Of a DNA stretch of 53,798 nucleotides, positions 44,321 to 53,178 are shown piece by piece. Source of the DNA: a virus (Duplodnaviria > Caudoviricetes). The notes under the pieces are model-generated. The model was not told the DNA's origin. It made no database searches and was given only the letters and a program-made list of their open reading frames with translations. Where the stretch lies: the IMG/VR virus record IMGVR_UViG_3300031576_001304, positions 1 to 53,798 of that record; one strand, written 5' to 3'. Each line of letters opens with the position of its first letter. The first letter of the stretch is position 1. The position numbers and the translations under genes were made by a program.

Positions 44321-47293
44321 GTGTCAGAGACGATCTACAAGCTCCAACCGCACCGCACGATCCAACTGCGCGGGTTCGACCGCCGGGGTGCGTCGGCAGC
44401 GATCTGCGAAGCCAGCGCGACCGGCTTCAAAACCTACGGCGTGTTCCGCGACATGGCCGATTTCGCCGTTGTTGTTCTCTGGGACGCCGACAATTTCTTC
44501 GAGCACTACTCGATGGAGTACCTGCCCGACTTCGACTTCGGCGGCATCGTGCTGGAGTTTGACCTGGCCTACGGGACCGGGCTTCAGCCAATCGACTCGC
44601 CGAAATACAACTGGATCGACTGGGCAACGTTGGATGTCATCAAGAGCGATGGCTCGACAGCACAGGTGAAGCTGTGGGACTACGCGACGCTCCAGGCAGG
44701 GACGTTCTCTGTTGCCTCTGGCACTATCACGGTTCAGGACAACGGCCTGGTGGCATTTGACCGGGTCACGCTGTGGCTTCAGAACATCGCCTTCGACTAC
44801 ATCGTGCCCGACCCGCCCACCGGAGTCACGGCGACCACGGTCGCCGAGAACATCCGTGACCAGATAAACACGGCGAACTGGCCGAGCCTGGGTCCGACGC
44901 TGGCGGTCATGGCGTCAACGTCGGGCGCGGCGATCACGCTGAAGGCCGCCCGGTACGGCACCGTCAACACCAGCGGGACCACGGTGACGTGGGTGAGCGG
45001 TGACAAGTTTACGGGGGTGGCGGCAAGCTCGACGATCTACATCAACGGAGTGGCGTACACCGTCTCGACGCTCGACTCGCAAACGCAGATCACGTTGACG
45101 GCAACCGCAGGCACGCAGACCGGGGTGAAGTATCTCGCCGAGCGCGGCGGCGACGACGGCAACATGGTCACGCTGTACGGGATATGGAAAAACAACAACC
45201 TCAAGTTCGACGCGGCGACGCTGGCGCTGGCCGGCGGAAGCTCAAACGTGACCTGGCGCGTCAAGATCGACTTCACGGCGCGGGGGATCGACTCTATCCG
45301 GCAGTGCTGGCTGACTCTTGCGCCGAGGCTCGCGGACTCAACCGTTTACGCCGACACCGAATGGACAGCCACGTTCTCCAACTGGAGCGTCACTGATCCC
45401 AACACAAAGCGGCCGCTGAAGGTCGCCGAGCCTGGCTCAACGTGGATCGGTAACCGAGACGCCTGGGCCGCCTACACGGGTTCGGGCTGGACGGAAGAGA
45501 GCGGGTTCTACTGGCGCGGCTTCTCGCGCCGGAGCAAGACTGCCAACGATAAAGTCACCGTGGAGTACCACTGCCAGTACTCACACGACCTGTACGTCGG
45601 AACCAGCCTGTACACGGATCGTGGAATTGTTGGCGTGAAGCTCGACGGTGACTCAGAGACGGATCTTGACTGCTACCTGAGCGCCGAGCCCGCTGTTGTG
45701 ACGCGGCGCAAGGTGCGCTCAGCCGTGGCGGCCGGGAAGCACACGGTAGAGCTTCGTGTCAAGGGAACCAAGCACGCCTCCAGCACGGATTACTACTTCT
45801 ACTTCGATCACCTGGTGGCGGCAAAGACCGGCGATGTCCCGGACCCGACGGCGACGACAACGACCGTTTCCCCGGCGACGGACTATGACACAGACCACAG
45901 CTACAAGCTGACGCCTCAGCGTTTGGTCTGGAACCTGGACCGCCTCGGACTACGCGGGACCGTGAACCACTACGTGGGCGTCTTCTGGTGGAATCAGCGG
46001 AAACGCGTCGGGGGTTCTTGGAACACATGGACAATCACGTTTGGTGGAACCTGGGTGGACGGGGATTCGGCCTTCGTGACCATCGGCGGAACCACGATGG
46101 GAAAGAGTGTCTTTCCGGCTGACACTATAGACACCATCGCCGACCATTTCGTTTACTTCATCAACGAGACGTTCATCGGTGTGTGGGCCGAGCGGGATGG
46201 TGCCGGGAAGCTCAAGGTCAACGTCCGCACGCCGATGTGGACATTCACGAAATCCACCAGTAAGACCAGCACGAACGGGACGATCAGCGAGTCGGGAAGC
46301 CTGGCGGCAGGGACCGAGGGAACGTGGGAGATCGACACGGCGGCGTCGAACCCGATCAACTTCCCGACGCGCAAGTGGCACGCTGACTTCTTCGCCGAGA
46401 TCGACGTGAAAAACTGGGGCTGCGTGGCCGCGCTTTCGATGGAGCTTGTAGACCCGCCTGACTCTGCCGGCTCGCCGATGATCGCCAGATTCAATGATGG
46501 CACCCGTGTTCTCACGGCTACCGGGTTCGGTGGTCTGAACAGCGCGCACTGTGCGTTCATCTCGCGCGTGGCCGACTTTCAGAAGGCGGCCTACAAGGAA
46601 CTGGCGAAGCTGATGAACGACGCGACGCTTACGCCGTGGCTTCAGTTTGGCGAGTTCGTCTGGTGGTTCTTCGCTGGTGGTTCGCCGGCGTCGATGGCCT
46701 TCTATGACGCGGACACGAAGGCGGCTGCAAACACCGCCCTGGGCCGGGACCTGTACGTGTTCGCGGCGCCGACCAGCGACCCGAGCGTGAACAGCTACGC
46801 GGACGCGAACTGGCTCCGCGGCCGAATCAAAACGCATATCGACACGATCAGGAACCACGTTCTGGCGACCTACTCGGGCGCGAAGTTCGAGTTGCTCTGG
46901 CCCTACGATGTCAACTACCCGACGCAGAACAGCTTCGGGATCGGCGGGCAACTGAACCGCTACGTCAATCTGCCGAGCGAGTTCGAGACAAAAAGCGGCT
47001 CCGGCCTGGACCGAATGAAGATGGAGGCCCTGAGCTTCGGCAGCCAGGAGCGCAACCACAACAAGACGCGGGAGACGGTGACGTTTCCTTACACGTCTCC
47101 TCTGACCTGGCCCAAGGCGGACACGGCGTTCCTGGTGGCGATCTTCAACGGCGGCTGTCCATGGGAGAGAGATTACCTGTATGCTGTGGCGCAGTCGGCG
47201 CCGCTCGTCAATCTGTGGGCGTTTGACCACACCTGCCTGATGTCCTGGCCGCTGCCGTTACCCGTGGCGTTGTCTCGGGCCACATTCATCTGA
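44321..47293 (+). CDS. Large tail-associated protein with C-terminal TIM-barrel (glycoside-hydrolase-like / non-contractile tail sheath type)
   Basis: G.FRDMADFAV..W, ALSMEL, LQFGEFVWW, FYDADT, LWAFD. Confidence 0.6.
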   Translation: MSETIYKLQPHRTIQLRGFDRRGASAAICEASATGFKTYGVFRDMADFAVVVLWDADNFFEHYSMEYLPDFDFGGIVLEFDLAYGTGLQPIDSPKYNWIDWATLDVIKSDGSTAQVKLWDYATLQAGTFSVASGTITVQDNGLVAFDRVTLWLQNIAFDYIVPDPPTGVTATTVAENIRDQINTANWPSLGPTLAVMASTSGAAITLKAARYGTVNTSGTTVTWVSGDKFTGVAASSTIYINGVAYTVSTLDSQTQITLTATAGTQTGVKYLAERGGDDGNMVTLYGIWKNNNLKFDAATLALAGGSSNVTWRVKIDFTARGIDSIRQCWLTLAPRLADSTVYADTEWTATFSNWSVTDPNTKRPLKVAEPGSTWIGNRDAWAAYTGSGWTEESGFYWRGFSRRSKTANDKVTVEYHCQYSHDLYVGTSLYTDRGIVGVKLDGDSETDLDCYLSAEPAVVTRRKVRSAVAAGKHTVELRVKGTKHASSTDYYFYFDHLVAAKTGDVPDPTATTTTVSPATDYDTDHSYKLTPQRLVWNLDRLGLRGTVNHYVGVFWWNQRKRVGGSWNTWTITFGGTWVDGDSAFVTIGGTTMGKSVFPADTIDTIADHFVYFINETFIGVWAERDGAGKLKVNVRTPMWTFTKSTSKTSTNGTISESGSLAAGTEGTWEIDTAASNPINFPTRKWHADFFAEIDVKNWGCVAALSMELVDPPDSAGSPMIARFNDGTRVLTATGFGGLNSAHCAFISRVADFQKAAYKELAKLMNDATLTPWLQFGEFVWWFFAGGSPASMAFYDADTKAAANTALGRDLYVFAAPTSDPSVNSYADANWLRGRIKTHIDTIRNHVLATYSGAKFELLWPYDVNYPTQNSFGIGGQLNRYVNLPSEFETKSGSGLDRMKMEALSFGSQERNHNKTRETVTFPYTSPLTWPKADTAFLVAIFNGGCPWERDYLYAVAQSAPLVNLWAFDHTCLMSWPLPLPVALSRATFI

Positions 47294-47308
47294 TTCTGGG
47301 AGGAAGCC

Positions 47309-48442
47309 TTGCGCAAAGGAAAACAGACCTGTCCGGTGTGTGGAAAAGAAGGCGTCTGGAGGCTCGACTACCGTTGCTGTTCGAGCGAGTGCAGCCAGGT
47401 GCTCCGCTCGAGGCCTGCACGTGGCGCCAACCCGCACCCACGCCTCCGAACGCTCCTGGCCCGCGCGAAGCAACGTCTGACCGTGCGCAACATCTCCGAG
47501 CGCCTGGACTGCTCCGAGAAAACCGTCCGAAAAGATCTGGCAGCCCTGAAATCCGTGGGCTACAGCGTCAACGTCGCCGAAGACTTGGCCGAGTTCGCTC
47601 CTGTTCGGCCCGGAAGCTCCGAGCCGCTCATTGTCCACTCGATGGCCGACTACAAGACCGGGATGCGCGTCTTCGGCGCCTGTGGAGACAATCACCTGGG
47701 CAGCAAACACGAGCGCCGCGACGTGCTCAACGCGATCTACGACGTATACGCCGACGAGGGCGTGACAGAAGTCTTCAACACCGGCAACTGGATCGAAGGC
47801 GAAGCCGGAAGGCTGAACTTCCACGACATCAAAGTCTTCGGAATGGACGATCAGCTCGACTATTGGATCGAGAACTACCCTCAGCGGCCGGGTATCACAA
47901 CGCACTTCGTTGCCGGTGACGATCATGAGGGCTGGTATCAGAAGCGCGAGCGCGTCGAGATCGGCCGGTACGCCATGCTCCGTGCTCGGGCCGCCGGCCG
48001 GAACGACCTGGTTTACCTCGGCTACATGGAGGCCGACGTAGAACTCAAAGCCAAGCGCGGCTCCCGAATGATGAAAGTCATGCACCCCGGAGGCGGGAGC
48101 GCCTACGCGCTCAGCTACGCACCGCAGAAGATCGTCGAAGCGCTCCAGGGGGGCGAGAAGCCGAACATAATCCTGATCGGGCACTATCACAAGTTCGACC
48201 TGTGCTTCCCGCGAGAGGTCTGGTGCCTTCAGACCGGCTGTACGGTCGACCAGAGCGTCTTCATGCGGAAGTGCAAGATCCAGGCGCACGTGGGCGGCTG
48301 CCTGGTGTGGATCAACCAGGCCGAAGACGGGCGGATCACCCGGTTCCGTGCGGAGTTCCTGCCGTTCTACGACCGCGGGTTCTACCGGACGCCGCAGCGC
48401 CGGGAGTTCACGCCTGTCGTGAGCCTGCCAGTGGCCGCCTGA
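47309..48442 (+). CDS. HTH plus calcineurin-like metallophosphoesterase
   Basis: CxxC; HTH (ISERLDCSEKTVRKDL); GDNHLGS, GNWIEG, GDDHE, HPGGG, GHYH. Confidence 0.85.
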   Translation: MRKGKQTCPVCGKEGVWRLDYRCCSSECSQVLRSRPARGANPHPRLRTLLARAKQRLTVRNISERLDCSEKTVRKDLAALKSVGYSVNVAEDLAEFAPVRPGSSEPLIVHSMADYKTGMRVFGACGDNHLGSKHERRDVLNAIYDVYADEGVTEVFNTGNWIEGEAGRLNFHDIKVFGMDDQLDYWIENYPQRPGITTHFVAGDDHEGWYQKRERVEIGRYAMLRARAAGRNDLVYLGYMEADVELKAKRGSRMMKVMHPGGGSAYALSYAPQKIVEALQGGEKPNIILIGHYHKFDLCFPREVWCLQTGCTVDQSVFMRKCKIQAHVGGCLVWINQAEDGRITRFRAEFLPFYDRGFYRTPQRREFTPVVSLPVAA

Positions 48443-48882
48443 TGCGCTCTATTCGTGTCGAGGTCTCCCGAAAACTTCTCGACCAGTTCAAGCGGGAGGC
48501 GAAACTCGCCTTCCCGCGGGAGAAGTTTGCCTACCTGGTTGGGCACGACTGCTGCTCGGACGTCTATGTCGAGGATCTGTACTTCCCCGATGGTGTCGAT
48601 GCCTGCTGCACAGAGGACACGGTCAACGTTAGGCCGCACTGGATCATCGAGGCCCGCGCCCATGCCAGCGACATCGAAGCCGAAGTCCTCGGCGACATCC
48701 ACAGCCACCCCTTCAGGCACGGTACCGGGGATCCGGACCGCTCGCCGAGCGAGCACGACATCGACCGCGCCTGGGGGAGCATCTACGGAATCTGCCTGGT
48801 CCACCAGGACAGGAACAAGCGGCTGCGCTCCAGCATCAGGTTCTGGGCTGCGCAGCCGCCAGTTGAGGTGATGGTGAAATGA
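48442..48882 (+). CDS. JAB/MPN+ (JAMM) metalloprotease
   Basis: E (FPREK)...HSHP...SPSEHD matches E-xn-HxH-xn-S-xx-D. Confidence 0.85.
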   Translation: MRSIRVEVSRKLLDQFKREAKLAFPREKFAYLVGHDCCSDVYVEDLYFPDGVDACCTEDTVNVRPHWIIEARAHASDIEAEVLGDIHSHPFRHGTGDPDRSPSEHDIDRAWGSIYGICLVHQDRNKRLRSSIRFWAAQPPVEVMVK

Positions 48883-48925
48883 AGAAACCGAAAGCACGAT
48901 TCCAGTTGAAAGATTAAGTAAACGC

Positions 48926-48946
48926 GGGGCCGGCAACTCCGGCCCC
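48926..48946. terminator. Hairpin between convergent transcription units
   Basis: GGGGCCGG-CAACT-CCGGCCCC. Confidence 0.5.
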
Positions 48947-48957
48947 AACCCTCCGAA

Positions 48958-49152
48958 CTATTCTCTCCTCATTACGAGTCCCCACAAAGCCGCCTTCATC
49001 ACCGCGACGTATTCCGCCATTTCTAACAGCCTTCTTCTGCAATTCAGGCACGTGACCACGTGGCGCTCCAGCCTCTCCCCGTCATTCACCCGCACCCTCC
49101 CCAGGCAATATATCGCCATCTCGTCATCCGTGAAGTGGTCAGCGCTCCCCAT
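48958..49152 (-). CDS. Stand-alone zf-HC2 (ZAS anti-sigma-like) protein
   Basis: H..D..M..Y..G.......LERHVVTCLNC. Confidence 0.75.
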   Translation of the reverse strand: MGSADHFTDDEMAIYCLGRVRVNDGERLERHVVTCLNCRRRLLEMAEYVAVMKAALWGLVMRRE

Positions 49153-49218
49153 GAAAAGAGCGGTGTTTAGATTCCAGAAAACCTCTCGTGGAAAAGGGAG
49201 TACCGCGAGTACCGTTTT

Positions 49219-50220
49219 TCATCCAGACCCGCCGATGATTTTGTCCATGTCGGAGCGCGTAACCCTCGCCATTTCGCCGTGGCGCGCCGTGGCGCGGTCT
49301 GGCGGCTTCGCGAGGATGTCGAGGGAGTTGGAACGTGGCTTGGCTTCGCCTGAACGATTTGCGCGCTGCTGGAAGTGGTTCTTCGCTACCGTGACGAACC
49401 AGGGCCAGCCCTTCGGACCGTTCGTCTTCCCCGGCTTGTAGCCGTCGAAGTACTTTCGCCGGAAGAGTTCGACGATTTCGCTCACTGGCGCTCCAGCCGC
49501 CGACGTTTCAATTGCGTGGAGGACTCCAGCAGGCGGATCTCCGAACTCTGAGTTCGAGAATTTCCGCAACGCTTCCGCCAATTCTTTCCGGTCAGAGTCA
49601 ATCAATCCGGCCTCCCTCTCGCGCCCTGAAGTACCTAGCTTTACGTTGACTGATTGATCTACGCCTTCGACTACGCCTACGCCTTCGATTAGGGACTGAC
49701 TTTGGCGCGCCGTGGCGGACTTTGGCGGGCTATGGCGCGCCGTGGTCTGACCAAGGACCGACGAGGTCTGTCCGTGGGCAGCCTCGGGACCGTCTTCGGA
49801 CCGACCGTGGACATACTTCTGGCCGTCCTCGATCTCCGGCTGGCCTTCTGGTTGACCATGGATAGACGCCGGCGGCCTTTCGACGGACACCGGCCTGTCT
49901 CCGGGCGGCGGGAACTTGCTGCTGTACCTGGCCCGCTGGTTGAAGTCGGTGTATTCCAGGTATCGTTTCCCGTTGTGGGTGTAAACCAAGAGAAGCCCCT
50001 GCTGCGCGCACTCGTTCAGGAACTCCCCGATCTGTTCCCCGGAGTACAGGTCTGGCCGTAAGGGATAAACCTGCGTCCTGAGCAGGGTGGTGTTGGCGAA
50101 GTACCGCCCGTAGTCGTCGACCACCGACATCAGGCGGCGGTAGAACAGTTCCGCCTCCATCGAGAGCCCGTTGACGCGCTCCGATGTTAGGATCCCTTCC
50201 CTCAAAATTCTGTTCGGCAT
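49219..50220 (-). CDS. Phage replication initiator / replisome organiser
   Basis: MPNRILREGILTS...LMSVVDDYGR N-domain; low-complexity linker with DNA repeats. Confidence 0.75.
   Translation of the reverse strand: MPNRILREGILTSERVNGLSMEAELFYRRLMSVVDDYGRYFANTTLLRTQVYPLRPDLYSGEQIGEFLNECAQQGLLLVYTHNGKRYLEYTDFNQRARYSSKFPPPGDRPVSVERPPASIHGQPEGQPEIEDGQKYVHGRSEDGPEAAHGQTSSVLGQTTARHSPPKSATARQSQSLIEGVGVVEGVDQSVNVKLGTSGREREAGLIDSDRKELAEALRKFSNSEFGDPPAGVLHAIETSAAGAPVSEIVELFRRKYFDGYKPGKTNGPKGWPWFVTVAKNHFQQRANRSGEAKPRSNSLDILAKPPDRATARHGEMARVTRSDMDKIIGGSG
49659..49745. repeat. Iteron-like repeats inside the rep gene (candidate origin)
   Basis: CTACGCCTTCGA at 49659 and 49677; TGGCGCGCCGTGG at 49703, 49733 and also 49280. 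Confidence 0.5.
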
Positions 50221-50223
50221 TAG

Positions 50224-50349
50224 TTAGTCTTCTCCAACTCTTCGGCGTAGACTCGTATAGGCGCCTTCAAAGCCGGTGTTCGCATCCGCGCACGTTGTTG
50301 ACGCGGGTAGGCAAGCGTTGCCGTGCTGTTGAAGGCGCCAGGTAACCAT
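50224..50349 (-). CDS. Small hypothetical protein
   Basis: RBS GGAGGAG. Confidence 0.4.
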   Translation of the reverse strand: MVTWRLQQHGNACLPASTTCADANTGFEGAYTSLRRRVGED

Positions 50350-50362
50350 CAAAACTCCTCCA

Positions 50363-50731
50363 TCAAAACTCCTCGAAGTTCCACCCGCCGCCGTCGCGCT
50401 TCGGGCGTGGGCTGGCTGCAATGAACCGAAACGGGAACTGCTCGGCTGCGACCTTGATCTTCACCCTGGCGTCGTCTTCCCAAAAGCCCTTCACCTCGTG
50501 GACCTCCAGGGACCCATCCGCCGCCACTACCAGAAAATCGGGCGTGTAGAACGTCGCCTTCGCCAGCCGCAGCTTGATCCCCTCAAAGTCGAACCATTGG
50601 ATCTCTCCACATCGGCGCCTGACCTCCAGGTGCTCGGCATACGCTCGCTCCGTCCCGTTCATCACGCCCGGCTCGTGTCGCGGACGGGCCTTGGCGATCA
50701 GCTTCCCGTTTCCGTCGAGAGCGAGGATCAT
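50363..50731 (-). CDS. DUF1064-like PD-(D/E)XK endonuclease
   Basis: E..YA..L, YTPDF, HEVKG. Confidence 0.8.
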   Translation of the reverse strand: MILALDGNGKLIAKARPRHEPGVMNGTERAYAEHLEVRRRCGEIQWFDFEGIKLRLAKATFYTPDFLVVAADGSLEVHEVKGFWEDDARVKIKVAAEQFPFRFIAASPRPKRDGGGWNFEEF

Positions 50732-51417
50732 GCGGCGTTCTCCGATCCGAACAGAACGCCTTGAGCCAAGCGCTTAACCGCAAGTTCGCAGTAACGCTCC
50801 TCAATCTCGACGCCGACGACGGGCACACCGAGAGCCTTGCAGGCGACCAGCGTAGTGCCGGACCCCGCGAAAGGATCGAGTACGGACGATCCGCCGAACC
50901 ACTTTACAAGCCAGCGCACGTGCTCAAGTTTTCGCACCGATGGGTGCCGGAGCGCCCTTACGTTCTTCACGTTCTCGGTGCCCCTTAAGTGGCCGCGCTT
51001 AAAATCGGTGCGCGTGGCAATAACACGGCCAGGCATAACTCTGGCGCCCGGCAAGGACTTCGGCGGCTCTCCGAAGACGTAGGCGACATCGGCGTCGCGC
51101 AACACGCGGCCGGCGTAACCGACCAGCGCATACTCCAGGTAACAGGTGCGCAAGTATGGCCAGACCGACGGGACAGCACGAAGGAATCGCGGATCTGACA
51201 TACACCCCAAGTGGACCACTGCGCGCTTCGCCTGGTGAAGTTGTTCGAGCACGCTGGCCAGTAGACCATGGGCGTCGATGCCTGGAAACACGTGCTCGCA
51301 GTTCGGCCAGACCGGATCGGTGATGATCGATTCGCACGGATCGAGTGCCGGGCAAACCTCCCGAGCATCCCCGTGGAACAGCGTAATTCCGGGCTCCCTG
51401 TAGTATGCCTGGATCAT
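50728..51417 (-). CDS. N4/N6 DNA methyltransferase (beta class) with DPVW motif IV
   Basis: LFHGD, IITDPVW, HP..R, VLDPFAGSGTT, GVEIEERY. Confidence 0.8.
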   Translation of the reverse strand: MIQAYYREPGITLFHGDAREVCPALDPCESIITDPVWPNCEHVFPGIDAHGLLASVLEQLHQAKRAVVHLGCMSDPRFLRAVPSVWPYLRTCYLEYALVGYAGRVLRDADVAYVFGEPPKSLPGARVMPGRVIATRTDFKRGHLRGTENVKNVRALRHPSVRKLEHVRWLVKWFGGSSVLDPFAGSGTTLVACKALGVPVVGVEIEERYCELAVKRLAQGVLFGSENAA

Positions 51418-51791
51418 TTCAGCACATCCGGCATCTGCCGCCATGCGACGCCATCGAGCATGGCGCCTGATGCTTTCTTGCCGACGAACCGCCCGGTTTT
51501 GGGGTCGGTCTCTTTGTCCTGGTTGTGAAGCCGATTGTGCTCCGCTCTGGTTATGGCCTCAAGATTCTCCAGCCGGTTGTCACGCTTGTCTTCATTCTTG
51601 TGGTGAAGGACGTAGCCACTTGGAACTGTCCGGCCGGCAGCCCACCAGATCAAGCGGTGAAGATAGGTCCATCCATTGCGGTCGGATAGCGGGTGAAGTT
51701 TGCCGACGCGAACTTTCACGTAGCCCTCGCGGTGCTCGCCAACGCCTGAAGACCACCGATAGTGGAGCGATCCAGGGTTACCTTTGGGCAC
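51414..51791 (-). CDS. HNH endonuclease
   Basis: HRLIW...LHHKNEDKRDNRLENL...EHNRLH. Confidence 0.85.
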   Translation of the reverse strand: MPKGNPGSLHYRWSSGVGEHREGYVKVRVGKLHPLSDRNGWTYLHRLIWWAAGRTVPSGYVLHHKNEDKRDNRLENLEAITRAEHNRLHNQDKETDPKTGRFVGKKASGAMLDGVAWRQMPDVLK

Positions 51792-52626
51792 GCGGCATCT
51801 CCCTAACTTGCAGGTCGCCTGGCCATTGTCCGAACGGAAGCTTGCGACCGCGGTCTGTGATCTGTTTCATGAAGAACGCGGTCCCCGCCGTCTGGCAGGC
51901 ATCGCGGGCAGCACGGAACCAATCGGGATGCGATGGCTTCGCCCCGGCCCCACTCTCGCCGCCGGCGATGAGCCAGCTCAGGTACGGCCACTCTACGCCT
52001 CCTTGGGCTAACGGTGATCCCGCCACCGGCAGCCACGGCCTGAAGTCCACCGGCCCCCACGCTGGCTCGTAGCTCACCCCGAGCACCCGCGCCCCGAGCG
52101 CCCGCAGCCTCAGAAGCTCACGGATGCGCCAGATATTCTCGATGCGCCCGATATTCTCGGGGCCGGTTACGCTGGTGAGAAGCCAGAAGTTGTTTGGAAT
52201 CCACGTGTACCGACGCCAGAACTCAACCATACGCGCCGGACGCTTCGTCAGGATGATATAGACATGCGGGGAATCTATCATGCCTGGCAGGAACTCAGTG
52301 AGCCACATCAGCGGCAGGCTCGCCGTAAACGTGTCCCCCATGTCGTTCAGGAAGATCACGCGAGGGTAACCATTCAGCCACGGCTTGTCGGGGCGATCCG
52401 TGCCGGTGAGATCCGGCCAGCGAAGAGCTTCTTGTAAGCGCTCGGGGAAGACCGCGGGCTGCTCGAAGGTGACGGGCCAGCCCTTCTTTCCGCCCCATCG
52501 TTCAGTGAGTCTTCCGGCGTAGCAGCGCTTCACTCCGGCTTTCGGGTTCCACAACTCACAGCCGTCGCAGCCCATCTGGAGATTCAGCGTCGAGTCACAC
52601 CATTCAATCTCAGTCTTGATTGCCAT
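51778..52626 (-). CDS. DUF5131 / Gp37Gp68 family protein
   Basis: TEIEWCD.T.N, GCDGC...CYA, FLNDMGD, ILTKRP, SYEP, GGESG, FFMKQ. Confidence 0.9.
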   Translation of the reverse strand: MAIKTEIEWCDSTLNLQMGCDGCELWNPKAGVKRCYAGRLTERWGGKKGWPVTFEQPAVFPERLQEALRWPDLTGTDRPDKPWLNGYPRVIFLNDMGDTFTASLPLMWLTEFLPGMIDSPHVYIILTKRPARMVEFWRRYTWIPNNFWLLTSVTGPENIGRIENIWRIRELLRLRALGARVLGVSYEPAWGPVDFRPWLPVAGSPLAQGGVEWPYLSWLIAGGESGAGAKPSHPDWFRAARDACQTAGTAFFMKQITDRGRKLPFGQWPGDLQVREMPRAQR

Positions 52627-52834
52627 GTAGCTCCTCTTCCGGGCAGAGCACAGCCGCGCCGAAGATTCGACGGAAACACGCGCAGCAGACCGGAGCCGTG
52701 AAGTTGTGCCGGTCCAGGAAGACGCCTGGTCGCGGTTCGTCGGGTGGAATTTCCTCACCGACTTGGTGGGTCGCCCGCCCACCGCATATCGAGCATGGTC
52801 CGCCTGCTGATCTTGAAACGAAGTGGCCGTTCAT
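52610..52834 (-). CDS. Small zinc-binding protein (MNGHFVSR...)
   Basis: CSIC...CCAC; ATGA overlap. Confidence 0.6.
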   Translation of the reverse strand: MNGHFVSRSAGGPCSICGGRATHQVGEEIPPDEPRPGVFLDRHNFTAPVCCACFRRIFGAAVLCPEEELHGNQD

Positions 52835-53178
52835 TGGCCGCCCTTGTCTTGTAACGGCCTGCCTCCGTAACGCTCCTCTTTGACCATCGCTCGGAGGAAC
52901 ACCAGGTAGTTGATCGCGTCCGTGATCCGGCCCTCGATCGGTTCGCTGGTGACGACGCCCGTCCGACAGAACTTCTCGATCGCCATGCCGTGCTTGCGAA
53001 AGAACACGAGCCAAGCCTGGAACTTCGTGACGCCGGCGGTCTCGGCCGCGTTCTTGAAATTCCCGAGCGTGTCCCCGCTCTGGTCCTCGCCGGAGTAATC
53101 CGGCACCTTGCGCATCATCTCCGTCAAGCAGTCGGAGAACTGTCCATCGGCGACCTGCTGTAGTTGAAAGCTGTTCAC
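52831..53178 (-). CDS. Nucleotide-modification-associated all-helical (MazG-like/DUF1599-like) protein
   Basis: K..DYS...D.LGNF, K.......E.IE.RI.D.INY. Confidence 0.65.
   Translation of the reverse strand: MNSFQLQQVADGQFSDCLTEMMRKVPDYSGEDQSGDTLGNFKNAAETAGVTKFQAWLVFFRKHGMAIEKFCRTGVVTSEPIEGRITDAINYLVFLRAMVKEERYGGRPLQDKGGQ

Noticed and set aside
44321-47293. Contractile tail sheath (myovirus)
   Set aside because: No sheath or baseplate J/wedge motifs; the tube, G/GT chaperone, tape measure, Dit and tip order is siphovirus-like
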